A stretch of 64,000 nt of DNA from an uncultured candidate division Zixibacteria bacterium (GCA_963735035.1 CAVTJJ010000003.1:480001-544000); one strand, 5' to 3'; counted from the stretch's first letter, positions 42,101 through 51,213 are shown. Made by a program: numbers and translations. The notes: generated by a model not told the origin, from the letters alone.

Positions 42101-42466
42101 ACTACTCGCCTCCAGAGGCAGATCGATCATGTACAACCCGTGTCTGGTACTGTCGGTGTCGGCCAGCACACGTCCCTCATCGTCCGCAAGAATAGCAAAG
42201 ACAACTTCGGGATATCGTCGCTGAGCATCGACGAGCTCTTGCAGGCCCGAGATATCGTCGGAGATAATCCATCCCGCGGCCGACGAAGCAAGAGTCCTGG
42301 ACAGCGCCGTCGCTTCTTCGACCTGACGATCGAGAAGCATGGCTCGCTGACGCGTGGTCAGATCACCGATAAAGAGCGTCATCATCACGGCGTGGACAGC
42401 GGCCACGCTCAGAATCAGTCGACCCCGCAACGTATCGAACAGGAAATTGGGCAATATTCTTGACAT
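39140..42466 (-). CDS. Membrane sensor histidine kinase (HAMP-PAS-GAF-GAF-PAS-HisKA-HATPase)
   Basis: Two TMs; FTYTVSHDLKSPL H box; NLLDNAVKY, DNGIGI, GSGIGL; start MSRILP by TAATG overlap. Confidence 0.94.
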   Translation of the reverse strand: MSRILPNFLFDTLRGRLILSVAAVHAVMMTLFIGDLTTRQRAMLLDRQVEEATALSRTLASSAAGWIISDDISGLQELVDAQRRYPEVVFAILADDEGRVLADTDSTRHGLYMIDLPLEASSTTLSRTPALVDVAVPAMVGGYHVGWARVGIGQKVAGKKLAAIARSGAIYAIAAILVGSIIAWFMGRRITQRLYAVKQTIDAVRSGNHLARSQISGPDEPAVMAREFNSMLDELAVRDAEVRTSEKKYRTLIHKIQAAVVVHGPDTRIITCNPMAEELLGLTEDQLLGKTAIDPDWHFFRTDGSVMPSDEYPVNQVIATGQPLRNFAVKVHRPHKRAEQDVWVLVSGDPVLDESGELNRVIVTFVDVTERMKVDEELFRLNRELRAISDCNQVLVRATDEQTLLKDICRIICDKAGYRLAWVGYAEHDDAKSLRPVAWAGFESGYIADAKLSWADDSERGRGPAGIVIRSGKSFCVQDFTTDELMAPWREAALQHGYRSGVALPLYDDNGAVFGVLMIYSSEPNAITTEEIRLLEELASDLALGITVLRTRIEHKQTESVNMARLRLLQFAATHTLDELLQATLDEAEALSSSLIGFYHFLDADQKTLTLQNWSTRTKAEFCEAEGKGSHYDVSQAGVWVDCIHARKAVIHNDYSSLPHRKGIPPGHARVVRELVVPVFRAGKIVAILGVGNKSRDYTQQDVDAVSLLADLAWEIAERKLAETALIESEKALQDAQQLAHVGNWELDLRTNQLKWSDEIYRIFDLEPQAFGATYEAFIEAVHPDDRAIVNDSYTNSLANRSSYEIDHRLLMKDGSTKFVHEQCKTFYDENGAPVRSIGTVQDVSECKLAEKEREALIAELETKNAELERFTYTVSHDLKSPLITISGFAGLLREHCTNGDADQVSFDVERIINAANKMAGLLDSLLEMSRIGRIVNPDESVNMEDLVRQAVDLCGGQIAAQGISVKLVSSFPTVRGDRSRLLEVVQNLLDNAVKYMGNQPRPKVEIGCNEGHDGATFHVKDNGIGIEPRFHRRVFELFEQLDPKVEGSGIGLSLAKRIIECHNGKLWVESEGNYKGSTFYFTIPHSLVENGKVEGEHAPEVVTCPAH

Positions 42467-43389
42467 TATCGCTCCTCTACCGGCCGAATATCCCGTTCGA
42501 ATTCGGAGATGAAACTTTGCACTACGTCGTAGTCTTTGTCCGTGGCCGGGAGAAAGCGAGCCGTTTCCATCCCCGCCAATATGGCTCTTCCTTCTACGGT
42601 TGAGTCGAGCCCAAGCAGCAGCGCGCGGACTTGATCTACAAACTGCACCGGCACGTCGTTGCGCACCATGACCGAGTTGTTGATCAGCGACTCCGTTTCC
42701 CAGATGACTTTCAAGTTTGCGGCCTCTATGGGATGGTCTTTTTGAAACGCGCGCCAAGGCGGCGGCCAGGTCGCCCCGGCTGCGGTCAATCCCAGACAGA
42801 CGTTCATGATGGACGACTCCTGGGAGCCCACGTAGCGATTGTCAATCTCGGTATTGACGTTTATGCCGTAATCATAGAGAAAGCGCTGAGGCATGATGCA
42901 GGCGGCCAGCGCCGTCCGGGAAGGATAGCTCACCGACCTTCCTTTCAGATCGGCCGGTCTATTAAGACCACCGTCCTTCCGGACCACAAATATCCCCTTG
43001 AAATCATGAGGCTCTCCCGCCATGGCGAGCACGAAATAGCCGACTTTCATAGCCTGAAGGGTCTGCCAAGGATTCGGAAGGAGAAACTCGGGTTTGAGAG
43101 CATTGTACTTCCTTTCGAAATCGGCATAATCTCGAGACGCTTCCAGAGTGAGGTGTCCCCGATGGAGCCGTGCGTTCAAGTAGTCGACGAGCGGCTGATA
43201 GGCCTGCATGAGCTTGGTGGGGTTGTGAAGTGGATGAACCGCCAGGCGGCAGACCAACCCACCGTCCGACGGCGGTTTGGCGGCAAACTGCGGCTCGTGA
43301 TCATCGGATTCACCGCTGCAACCCGAAAGCGTTCCCAGGAAAAGCGCGGCCGCGACTATTGCCAGAACTCTCACTTCATGGAATGACAT
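42466..43389 (-). CDS. PhnD/phosphonate-type substrate-binding lipoprotein
   Basis: Lipobox LSGC; LAVHPLHNP..YQPLVDYL, DLKGRSVSYPS, YVGSQESSIMNV, ATDKDYDVV. Confidence 0.85.
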   Translation of the reverse strand: MSFHEVRVLAIVAAALFLGTLSGCSGESDDHEPQFAAKPPSDGGLVCRLAVHPLHNPTKLMQAYQPLVDYLNARLHRGHLTLEASRDYADFERKYNALKPEFLLPNPWQTLQAMKVGYFVLAMAGEPHDFKGIFVVRKDGGLNRPADLKGRSVSYPSRTALAACIMPQRFLYDYGINVNTEIDNRYVGSQESSIMNVCLGLTAAGATWPPPWRAFQKDHPIEAANLKVIWETESLINNSVMVRNDVPVQFVDQVRALLLGLDSTVEGRAILAGMETARFLPATDKDYDVVQSFISEFERDIRPVEER

Positions 43390-43478
43390 ATCCCCCGTCC
43401 TTTCCCGGTCGTCATCGATCAGGTACTGTGCGAAGGAGCACAATCAAATTGCCCAGGACATCATCTCGCAGCAGCGGT

Positions 43479-43892
43479 TCAGTTCAGATGACCGATTTCA
43501 GTCGTCTTGCGGCTGTTGACAATCTGCTCCACGGCAATGAGAAGATTGTGACGGAAGAGACAATCTTTCACCACATAGTCCATGACGCCTGAACGAAACG
43601 ACTCCACCGCTATCTGCTCGCTTCCCTGTCCCGTCATCATGATAACGGCACTGTCTCTTTTCAGCCAGTCAAGCAAATCGAATCCGGAACCATCCGGGAG
43701 AATGTAGTCGAGAAGGACAACATCGAAGCTCTTCTTGCACGTTACGGCAAAGGCTTCTTTCAGCGAACTGGCCACTTCGATGTCCCAGCCATCAAGTCCC
43801 GCAAACGCCGCCTTGGCCAGGGTGGCGTGGTCCGGGTTGTCTTCAACAATTAGAATCGAGACTCCCTTTTCCTGTTCCTCATAACCAGTCAT
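43479..43892 (-). CDS. Single-domain response regulator
   Basis: ILIVEDNPDH, VLLDYILPDGSG, MMTGQG, DYVVKD. Confidence 0.92.
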   Translation of the reverse strand: MTGYEEQEKGVSILIVEDNPDHATLAKAAFAGLDGWDIEVASSLKEAFAVTCKKSFDVVLLDYILPDGSGFDLLDWLKRDSAVIMMTGQGSEQIAVESFRSGVMDYVVKDCLFRHNLLIAVEQIVNSRKTTEIGHLN

Positions 43893-43921
43893 GACCTTCC
43901 CCCTCCGTTCGATCGAACGAC

Positions 43922-44380
43922 CTAGTAGACGTTCGCTTCTCGCCCTGGAGTTGCTGCTGTGTTTGACCAGTACATATTCATTTCAACCAGTTTGATGACG
44001 AAATCATCGTGACTGAGGGACTTTACGACATAACTATTGGCGCCTTTTCGATACACTTCGGCGATCTTGTCCGGATCCTCCGTATTTGTCAACACGACTA
44101 CTGGAATGCCGGCGGTTTGCCGGTTGGACCGAAGGTGCTCCAGAAATTCCATCCCATCCATCCCGGGCAGAGTTAGATCGAGAATGATCAGATCCGGCAA
44201 GGGGCATTGAGCACCAGCCTGGGTCCGTACCGGCTTCAGCAAGTACTCAAGACCGGACTCGGCGTTTTCGAAACGAATTACCCGTGATTTCAGTCTGCTG
44301 TCGGTAAGAGCGGCTGACACGAGTGCGGCGTGATCGTCATCGTCCTCAATGTGGACGATATTCATTGGTTTCAATCTCAT
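43922..44380 (-). CDS. Single-domain response regulator (Rcp1-like)
   Basis: IEDDDDH, PDLIILDLTLPGMDG, VVLT, GANSYVVK. Confidence 0.92.
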   Translation of the reverse strand: MRLKPMNIVHIEDDDDHAALVSAALTDSRLKSRVIRFENAESGLEYLLKPVRTQAGAQCPLPDLIILDLTLPGMDGMEFLEHLRSNRQTAGIPVVVLTNTEDPDKIAEVYRKGANSYVVKSLSHDDFVIKLVEMNMYWSNTAATPGREANVY

Positions 44381-44886
44381 TGGAACCCCCCGTTTCTTCT
44401 TCTGATATTATCGACTGTTAACACCTTAATAGAATGCCCCCCCTGCCTACATCACGCGCCCGGACCGCCGTAACATTTTGACGGATAGTGAATTACGTAG
44501 CGTTGCCACAAATATCCACTTATAGAGGTATCGCGAGATTGTTCTCCCGATGAACACTTGGTCGTTCGGCGGGGAGGTTTATAAATCAGTGATCAGCAAT
44601 CACTGCGGGTTGCCGAGATTCGCTAACCGTAGAAGAAACCCGGATTATCTGCAGCATGTTTCGTTCTCCTTTCGATGTCGAGACGCGTGATTACGCCGAT
44701 CTGCATTTTTCGACTGACTCCACGCCCTTGAGGCCTGCCCCAGCCCACCCGGACCGGAAGTGATATCCAGGTCCAACAATTTTGTAGCTGCGGCGCGTAT
44801 AATTTCTGACAAATCGGATTGGAAACCCACTGAATGTCGGTGGTCGGCCCTTTTTGGGGCAGCGCAATGAGAGAAAGCGAGGCAAT

Positions 44887-45771
44887 ATGCAGAAGATAAC
44901 CCCGTTCCTATGGTTTGATAAAGAGGCCCGCCAGGTGGCCGAGCACTATACGTCCGTTTTCAAAGCCTCAACAATCAAGAGTGAGACCAGACTTGACAAT
45001 ACCCCGTCGGGTACGGTCGAGATCGTTTCTATCGAACTCTCCGGTCACGATTTTACGCTCATGGCTGCGGGCCCGCTCTTCAAGTTCACACCGGCCGTGT
45101 CATTTCTTGTTGGCTGCCGCACCAAGATTGAAGTCGAAACACTCTGGCAGAAACTGTCCGACAAGGGAACTCCCCTGATGGAGCTGGGAGAATACCCGTT
45201 CAGCGAAAAATACGGATGGGTGCAGGACCGCTACGGTCTTTCGTGGCAGGTTATGTTCATGGGCGACCACTTGCTCAAGCAGAATATTACCCCGACACTT
45301 ATGTTTGTCGGCGACAAGTGCGGAAGAGCTGAAGAAGCGATCAAGACTTATGCGTCGTTGTTCCACAGGTCGAGAATCGGCGACATCTTCCGTTACGGGA
45401 AGGACGCGACCCCTGACAAAGAAGGGACCATTGCGCATGCCACGTTCACGCTTGAAGGCCAGGAATTTGCTGCCATGGATAGCGCCCGTGAGCACAACTT
45501 TACTTTCAACGAAGCCATTTCGTTTGTGGTGAACTGCGATACCCAGGAAGAAATTGACTACTACTGGGGCAAGCTTTCAGCGGACCCGCGAGCGGAACAG
45601 TGCGGCTGGCTGAAAGACAAGTACGGCGTCTCGTGGCAAGTAGTGCCTTCTATATTGGGAACGTTGGTGCAGGACAAAGACCGGAAGAAAGCGTCCCGGG
45701 TGACTCAGGCGTTTATGCAAATGAAGAAGTTCGACATCGACGGATTGAAGCGGGCCTACGCGGGACGATAG
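44887..45771 (+). CDS. VOC/PhnB-like (3-demethylubiquinone-9 3-methyltransferase family) tandem-domain protein
   Basis: MQKITPFLWF; duplicated GWVQDRYGLSWQ / CGWLKDKYGVSWQ. Confidence 0.92.
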   Translation: MQKITPFLWFDKEARQVAEHYTSVFKASTIKSETRLDNTPSGTVEIVSIELSGHDFTLMAAGPLFKFTPAVSFLVGCRTKIEVETLWQKLSDKGTPLMELGEYPFSEKYGWVQDRYGLSWQVMFMGDHLLKQNITPTLMFVGDKCGRAEEAIKTYASLFHRSRIGDIFRYGKDATPDKEGTIAHATFTLEGQEFAAMDSAREHNFTFNEAISFVVNCDTQEEIDYYWGKLSADPRAEQCGWLKDKYGVSWQVVPSILGTLVQDKDRKKASRVTQAFMQMKKFDIDGLKRAYAGR

Positions 45772-45815
45772 CCGAAGCAGGACGATAGTTGCAGTGGTGC
45801 GCCGCACGACAACCA

Positions 45816-46074
45816 ATCGGCAGGGTTCCAGCCCTGCTGAAGAGTGGCCATCTCGAAAAGGAATCGGCAGGGTTTCAACCCTGGCTGAGAGTGGCCATCT
45901 CGAAAACTGATCGGCAGGGTTCCAGCCCTGGCTGAGAGTGGCCATCTCGAAAACTGATCGGCAGGGTTCCAACCCTGGCTGAGAGTGGCCATCTCGAAAA
46001 CTGATCGGCAGGGTTCGAACCCTGGCTGAGAGTGGCCATCTCGAAAACTGATCGGCAGGGTTCCAGCCCTGCCG
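45816..46074. repeat. Tandem array of a 47-bp REP-containing unit (5 full + 1 partial)
   Basis: ATCGGCAGGGTTCCARCCCTGGCTGAGAGTGGCCATCTCGAAAACTG units start at 45816, 45863, 45910, 45957, 46004, 46051. Confidence 0.93.
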
Positions 46075-46228
46075 CGTCGGTGGCCCACCAATTAGGGCTT
46101 GATTGAATAACCTCATTCCCGGTCATTACTTGTTGTGATGACCCGCTATGAGGCGGGACATCGAAGCGAGCCGATCACTCGCTTGCTGACGCGGCATAGC
46201 CGCATAACTATATGTGGAGTGGTTGGAA

Positions 46229-46624
46229 ATGACACATTCGAAAGAACCCAAAATGAGCCCGCGCAAAGAAGCCGCAGTGTCGTTCCTGAAACTGGTCGGC
46301 GGCGGCAAAGTGCGCGAAGCATACCAGGCCTATGTCGCCCCTGACTTCCGCCATCATAATCCGTATTTCAAAGGAGACACGGAATCTCTGGCGCAGGGAA
46401 TGGAGGCGAATCACAAAGAATTCCCCAACAAGGTTCTCGAAATCCTACGCGTGCTCGAAGACGGCCAGTTCGTGGCGGTTCATTTGCGTGTTCGCCTGAA
46501 CCCTGACGGACCGGACATTGCGCTGATTCACATCTTCCGTTTTGAAGGCGATCGTATTGCCGAACTGTGGGAAGCCGCACAGCACGTCCCCGAGAACTCT
46601 CCCAACGAAAATGGTGTGTTCTAG
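46229..46624 (+). CDS. SnoaL-like/NTF2-family protein (start 46214, 46229 or 46253)
   Basis: YVAPDFRHHNP, RVLEDGQFVAVH, HIFRFEGDRIAELW. Confidence 0.88.
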   Translation: MTHSKEPKMSPRKEAAVSFLKLVGGGKVREAYQAYVAPDFRHHNPYFKGDTESLAQGMEANHKEFPNKVLEILRVLEDGQFVAVHLRVRLNPDGPDIALIHIFRFEGDRIAELWEAAQHVPENSPNENGVF

Positions 46625-46782
46625 TCACCCAGTGTAGATACTCGGCAGCCCACTGCTTGCTCTTGGTTCTATCGCTCGTAAATTGATCGGCGGGGTTCCA
46701 ACCCTGCCGCCCAAGTGACTTTCGAGACAGCCCCAGTAGTGGTCACACTCTGCACTTTTCCGACTCCCTGACTTATTAATAC

Positions 46783-46811
46783 TTGACAAAATGGGTGCAG
46801 ATTGTTAAAAT
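46783..46811 (+). promoter_or_regulatory. Near-consensus sigma70 promoter
   Basis: TTGACA-17 bp-TAAAAT, about 90 bp upstream of 46900. Confidence 0.75.
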
Positions 46812-46899
46812 TTTCCATGGGCCGGACTACCCCTCAGGATGGACAAACGTCGACTTGTAGTCTTGCTGACTTTGAACCTCACATTCAAGGAGAGAGCGA

Positions 46900-48013
46900 A
46901 TGATCCATTCATTCACACGTCGACGCCGTCTAGCATGGTTCGCGATCGGAGCAGCTTCCCTTTTTGCGCTGGGGCTGTGGGGATGTTCGACTACGGACAA
47001 CTCCCCCGTGTCATCTGACCTGACCGGTGACGCCGGTCTGAGTCTGGCGAGTCCCCGGGTGCAGGCTGTGATGTCGATTCAAGAGCTTCACACGCAGGGC
47101 CTCATGGCGAAACCGGATGTAATCGGCACTGCTGTGACAGTTGATGAAAACAACCAGCCGGCCGTCATGCTTCTGGTGACCACGCAGGCAGCCTTTGATG
47201 CGGCTCCGAAGACTCTTGACGGTGTCCCGGTCAAGGTAGTTCTGACCGACAAGATTGTCGCCATGAGAACATCGGGTGGCGTAAGCCACACGGCCAAGCA
47301 GACCCCGCCGATCAAGCTCGGTACGTCAGGTGGCTGGCGCTATGATCTAGCCAACGGCTACTGTTGCGCCGGTACTCTGGGTTCCTTGATTAGTGTTGGC
47401 GGGCAAAAGCGCATCCTCAGCAATTATCACGTTTTTGAGGCCGACATTGTGTCCGGCGGCAACAGCCGGGTTGCGGCTACGGGCGACTATATTATCCAGC
47501 CCGGACTGATCGATGTCGGCTGCAACGCTGCCAGCGCGCAGAATGTGGCCACCCTGGTCAAGTCCAGCTCGCTGCCGAACAGCAACGTCGATTGCTTCCA
47601 GCGCCAATATTATCACGGGCATGGTGGACGCCACCGGCAACATTCTGGAAATCGGCGTTCCGTCCGCAACGACCGTGGCGGCTTCAGTCAACCAGACGGT
47701 CAAGAAGAGCGGCCGCACGACCGGTCTTACTCGCAGTTATGTCAGCGGTCTGAATGCGACCATCAGCGTGTCGTACGAGAATGAATGCGCCGGCGGAACG
47801 GCCTTCACCAAGACCTTTACGGGTCAGATCCTCGTTGCCAACTCCCGGAGCAAGTTCCTCGGCGGCGGCGACTCGGGTTCGTTGATGGTGCAAGACGTTA
47901 CCACCAGCCCGAAAGCCGTCGGTTTGTTGTTTGCGGGAAGCACCTCGATTGCCGTGGCTAATCCGATTGGCCAGGTACTGAGCTTCTTTGGCGCTACGAT
48001 GGTTGGGAACTAA
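46900..48013 (+). pseudogene. Nal1-like trypsin-fold serine protease lipoprotein, split by a +1 frameshift near 47590-47598 (mutation or sequencing error)
   Basis: Lipobox LWGC; GTLG..ILSNYHV (His) and NVD (Asp) in frame 1; KKSGRTTG, GDSGS (Ser), VGLLFAG in frame 2. Confidence 0.8.
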
Positions 48014-48053
48014 CGGGTAAAGTTCTTCAACTGACAAGTTGTAGTAGCTTATT

Positions 48054-48089
48054 AGAGCCTGTCCCCGTTTCATACCGGGGGCAGGCTCT
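48054..48089 (+). terminator. Intrinsic terminator-like hairpin
   Basis: AGAGCCTGTCCCCG-loop-CGGGGGCAGGCTCT. Confidence 0.65.
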
Positions 48090-48184
48090 TCTGATTATGG
48101 GAGTACAGTGGTTCAGGTCACTGACTCGATGGATTAATTATGAACAGTCATAGAAATGGTTTCCTGGATACGACCTGTTCGTAT

Positions 48185-48367
48185 ACGAGTGTTGAAAGAG
48201 TCCCTTCCCCGTCATCGCGAGTCTCGACCGCGCTTCGTGGGCGAGACGTGGCGATCTCAAATGGCACTGTCGCAACGAACTTGAGATTGCCGCGCTACGA
48301 AGTCCCGCCTGACGGCAGGCCATCTCCGCTCGCAATGACTATTAGACGTGCTTTTTCAACAGGCCCT
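48185..48367. mobile_element. MITE with IS1182 termini
   Basis: Right end CTTTTTCAACAGGCCC is the exact reverse complement of the IS left TIR at 29021; flanked by TAT/TAT. Confidence 0.82.
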
Positions 48368-48444
48368 TATATGGTGGGTCTGCTGGTCTTGTTAAGCTCC
48401 TCAGTGCCATTTCTTGCCAGTCCACAAAGGAAACCAAGAAAGAG

Positions 48445-48675
48445 GTGCCTATTCGCGACATCAATGCCGTAATGGATTCTCACACAAGTGAGCTGATGGC
48501 TATCCCCGGCGTCGTGGGCGTGGCTATCGGTGAAACGGAAGACAAAACCCCCTGCATTCTGGTGCTGGTAGCTGAGGAGACAAGCGACATCAAAGGCAAA
48601 ATTCCTAAAGTGCTGGAAGGTCACCCGGTGCGTTTGCTTGTGACGGGTGAAATCAAGCCGATGAAGACCGATTGA
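48445..48675 (+). CDS. Small protein resembling the N-terminal domain of the upstream Nal1-like protease (possibly remnant of a lipoprotein gene starting at 48140)
   Basis: HTSELMAIPGVVGVAIG...LEGHPVRLLVTGEIKPM aligns with HTQGLMAKPDVIGTAVT...LDGVPVKVVLTDKIVAM. Confidence 0.75.
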   Translation: MPIRDINAVMDSHTSELMAIPGVVGVAIGETEDKTPCILVLVAEETSDIKGKIPKVLEGHPVRLLVTGEIKPMKTD

Positions 48676-48682
48676 TCGGCAC

Positions 48683-50203
48683 CTACCAGGCGATTCCACT
48701 TTCATCAAACCGACTGTGTAGCGCTCTTCTCGCTACGAGGTTGACTCGTTCGGACCAGACATCAATGGGATTGAGATCGTCAGTAAACACGCGAACCCCT
48801 TTGACATCGACCTGGAAACGGTTGTCCCACGCGTGAGCCCGGTCGTACTCGGGGCTGAAGCGCTCAGTCGGGACCGGAAGTTCCGATCCGAGCGTGAGGA
48901 CGCGGTCCGAAGCCAGCAGGATCAGATTTCCGAGTTGGTCCGGCGGCTCGGCGATGGGCAAGACGATGACGTTCTTGAACTGACGGTTGGCCGTGGCCGC
49001 CAGTGACTTTACGATCGGGTCGTCCCAGCCTACCGCTTCGAAGTTCATCGCGAGAATCCCATCCTGAGCCAGACGGGATCGGATCAATCCGAAAGCTTCC
49101 TCAGTAACCAGATGAAACGGGACGTAGCTGCTTCCGAAAGCGTCCATCACGATGACGTTGTAGGTCTTATCGTGACGCGCCAGATATTGGCGACCGTCCA
49201 TAGTGAATACCTGTGCTTCGCTTTCTTCAAGCCCGAAGAAATCGCGCGCCAGGCGTGTTACCACCGGATCGATCTCAACCGCATCCACCCGCCAGCCATC
49301 GCGAGCGAAATTCTTCGCTACTGAACCGCCTCCGAGTCCCACGAGCAACATCTCACCGGGTTCGCTGAAGAAGTACTTGGCGATTTCCAGCACATTAACA
49401 TACTGGAATTGCGATTCCCAGGTACCCGGAGTTACGCCGGTGTGCATGCCGCCGTCGATAAGCATGAAGCGGATATCGTACAGGTCGACAACCCGCAATT
49501 CTCCGTAGGCGCTGTCTTCAGCGGCCATGAGACCGATTTCGGGATTGGCCTTGAGTGTAGGCACTACAAGGAATAGCGATATTCCCCCCACGACAATGAG
49601 TAATGACATCAACGACGCCGAGCGCTTGCTCTTACAAGTCAGGCCGAAAAGTGCCGTACCTAACAACGCGAGTCCGGTCAGAAGCAGGAGACGCGACACA
49701 CCAACATTGGGAATTAGATAGAATCCGATAGCTATGGCGGCGACGACACTCGCCAGAGTTGAGACCGCGTACAGGTTGCCGGCCGTGCGTCCGACCACAC
49801 TCAGGCTATCGGCTTTCAGACGAATCGCGTAGGGGCTCACCATCCCGAGGAGAGTAAGAGGCGGAAAGAACAGTATGGTGGCAGTCAGAAGCACGGCCGT
49901 TCGTAGTCCTAGGCCTTCGGTGATCGCGAGTACCGGTACGCGAAGCCACGGGACTGCCGCAACCCACACACCCGCGATACCGATTATGACGCAAAAACGC
50001 TTGAGGCTGGCGTTGCGGTCGGCCCAGCGTCCGCCTATCGCATAGCCGAGACTTAGGGCGGCGAGGGTGACACTGATTAGCGCTGACCAGAGATACAAAC
50101 TGGCACCGTAGAATGGCGCGATGACTCTGGTACCGAGCAATTCAATCGCCAGGACCGAGGCCCCGCTCACAATGACAGCCAAATATACATAGAAACTGAT
50201 CAT
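48683..50203 (-). CDS. Fused membrane domain/spermidine synthase-like SAM-dependent transferase
   Basis: SGASVLAIELLGTRVIAPFYG, AGNLYAVST; LLVGLGGGS, VEIDP, DGRQYL, IVMDAF, FTDD. Confidence 0.9.
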   Translation of the reverse strand: MISFYVYLAVIVSGASVLAIELLGTRVIAPFYGASLYLWSALISVTLAALSLGYAIGGRWADRNASLKRFCVIIGIAGVWVAAVPWLRVPVLAITEGLGLRTAVLLTATILFFPPLTLLGMVSPYAIRLKADSLSVVGRTAGNLYAVSTLASVVAAIAIGFYLIPNVGVSRLLLLTGLALLGTALFGLTCKSKRSASLMSLLIVVGGISLFLVVPTLKANPEIGLMAAEDSAYGELRVVDLYDIRFMLIDGGMHTGVTPGTWESQFQYVNVLEIAKYFFSEPGEMLLVGLGGGSVAKNFARDGWRVDAVEIDPVVTRLARDFFGLEESEAQVFTMDGRQYLARHDKTYNVIVMDAFGSSYVPFHLVTEEAFGLIRSRLAQDGILAMNFEAVGWDDPIVKSLAATANRQFKNVIVLPIAEPPDQLGNLILLASDRVLTLGSELPVPTERFSPEYDRAHAWDNRFQVDVKGVRVFTDDLNPIDVWSERVNLVARRALHSRFDESGIAW

Positions 50204-50569
50204 GTCGGTTCCTTCTGCTCAATTGTCTTATGTCATGGAGCGCGGCAATTACCCGGCGCGTTCCCTGTCCTGTGCGAACCCGAATACATTCAGTATGTCT
50301 GGTGTACTCAGTCGAACGGTTCGCCTCGTCAAGATGCAAACTAAGTCCTGCATCGTCTGATGGCAACGCCTTTTCGATGCGATAGGGTGGGGTGGTACCG
50401 ACGCTTGACAATTGATCGGCAGGGTTCCAACCCTGCCGCCAAAGTGGCAACGCCAGAGTGGCCTTCCATTTATAGTGGGATCCGGGAACAGTAAAGTACT
50501 GTCAAGCGTTTCTGCCTGACAGCCCCACAAGTACTTGACGCCGTTTGATCGAGGTTTTATTATGCGGCC

Positions 50570-51076
50570 ATGCGAGTTTATTGCGCGGGGCAACAACTCA
50601 AAGTCTCTTTCTACTACAAGCTGTGGGGAACCAGGCTACACCTCGCGACCTTTGCTGGTCTTGTTGCATTTCTCTGGTGTGGATGCGGCGGAAGGAATTT
50701 GAAACAGACTATTCCCTTGGAGACAGGCTGCCCTGATTCGCAATTGGTCGATCTTATTCTACAGAAAGCTATTAATTTCGGCGGACTCAAGGAGTCATAC
50801 TTCCCCGAAATTGCTGGACGAGGTACGCTCAGCATTCACGGAAAGTGTGTATCTCCTGTGACTCAGCTAGTGTGGTATGGGAATCCAGTCACTGTCGTTG
50901 CTGACACCTGCTCAAGATCGGGAAATTGCATAGAGGTGAAGGTCCTGCAGGTTCAACGAGACACAGTCCGTGTCTCATTGTGGTATCCAATAGAGGGGGT
51001 ATGGTGTGATTTGACATATGAAGTGTCTGACAGGGACCACCTTATTTTGGTTTCACACAGAGTAATGGAAATCTGA
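50570..51076 (+). CDS. Hypothetical, possibly lipoprotein (start uncertain)
   Basis: 168 aa ORF, hydrophobic stretch ending LWCGC; AT-richer. Confidence 0.5.
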   Translation: MRVYCAGQQLKVSFYYKLWGTRLHLATFAGLVAFLWCGCGGRNLKQTIPLETGCPDSQLVDLILQKAINFGGLKESYFPEIAGRGTLSIHGKCVSPVTQLVWYGNPVTVVADTCSRSGNCIEVKVLQVQRDTVRVSLWYPIEGVWCDLTYEVSDRDHLILVSHRVMEI

Positions 51077-51213
51077 TTTATTCGATGGTGAGGTCGCCCC
51101 GGTGGCCCTCCACACTCCTTAGGGTCCACAGGCGGCCTCCCCCCCTTGACTATCGTCCCTCAACCCGGCATCTTCCCCCAGCGCCGATACCGGAAACCAA
51201 ACGCGAGGATAAT

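Noticed and set aside
42467..42757. N-terminal extension of the histidine kinase
   Set aside because: Lies inside the PhnD-like gene; TAATG coupling at 42466 gives a better start
45816..46074. CRISPR array
   Set aside because: Sequences between the hairpins are near-identical, not unique spacers; no cas genes in the window
45577..46126. Repeat-containing ORFs (45577-46116, 45756-46091, 45875-46126)
   Set aside because: Translations of the 47-bp DNA repeat cycling through frames, not coding
47585..47600. Programmed ribosomal frameshift
   Set aside because: No slippery heptamer, homopolymer or evident stimulatory element
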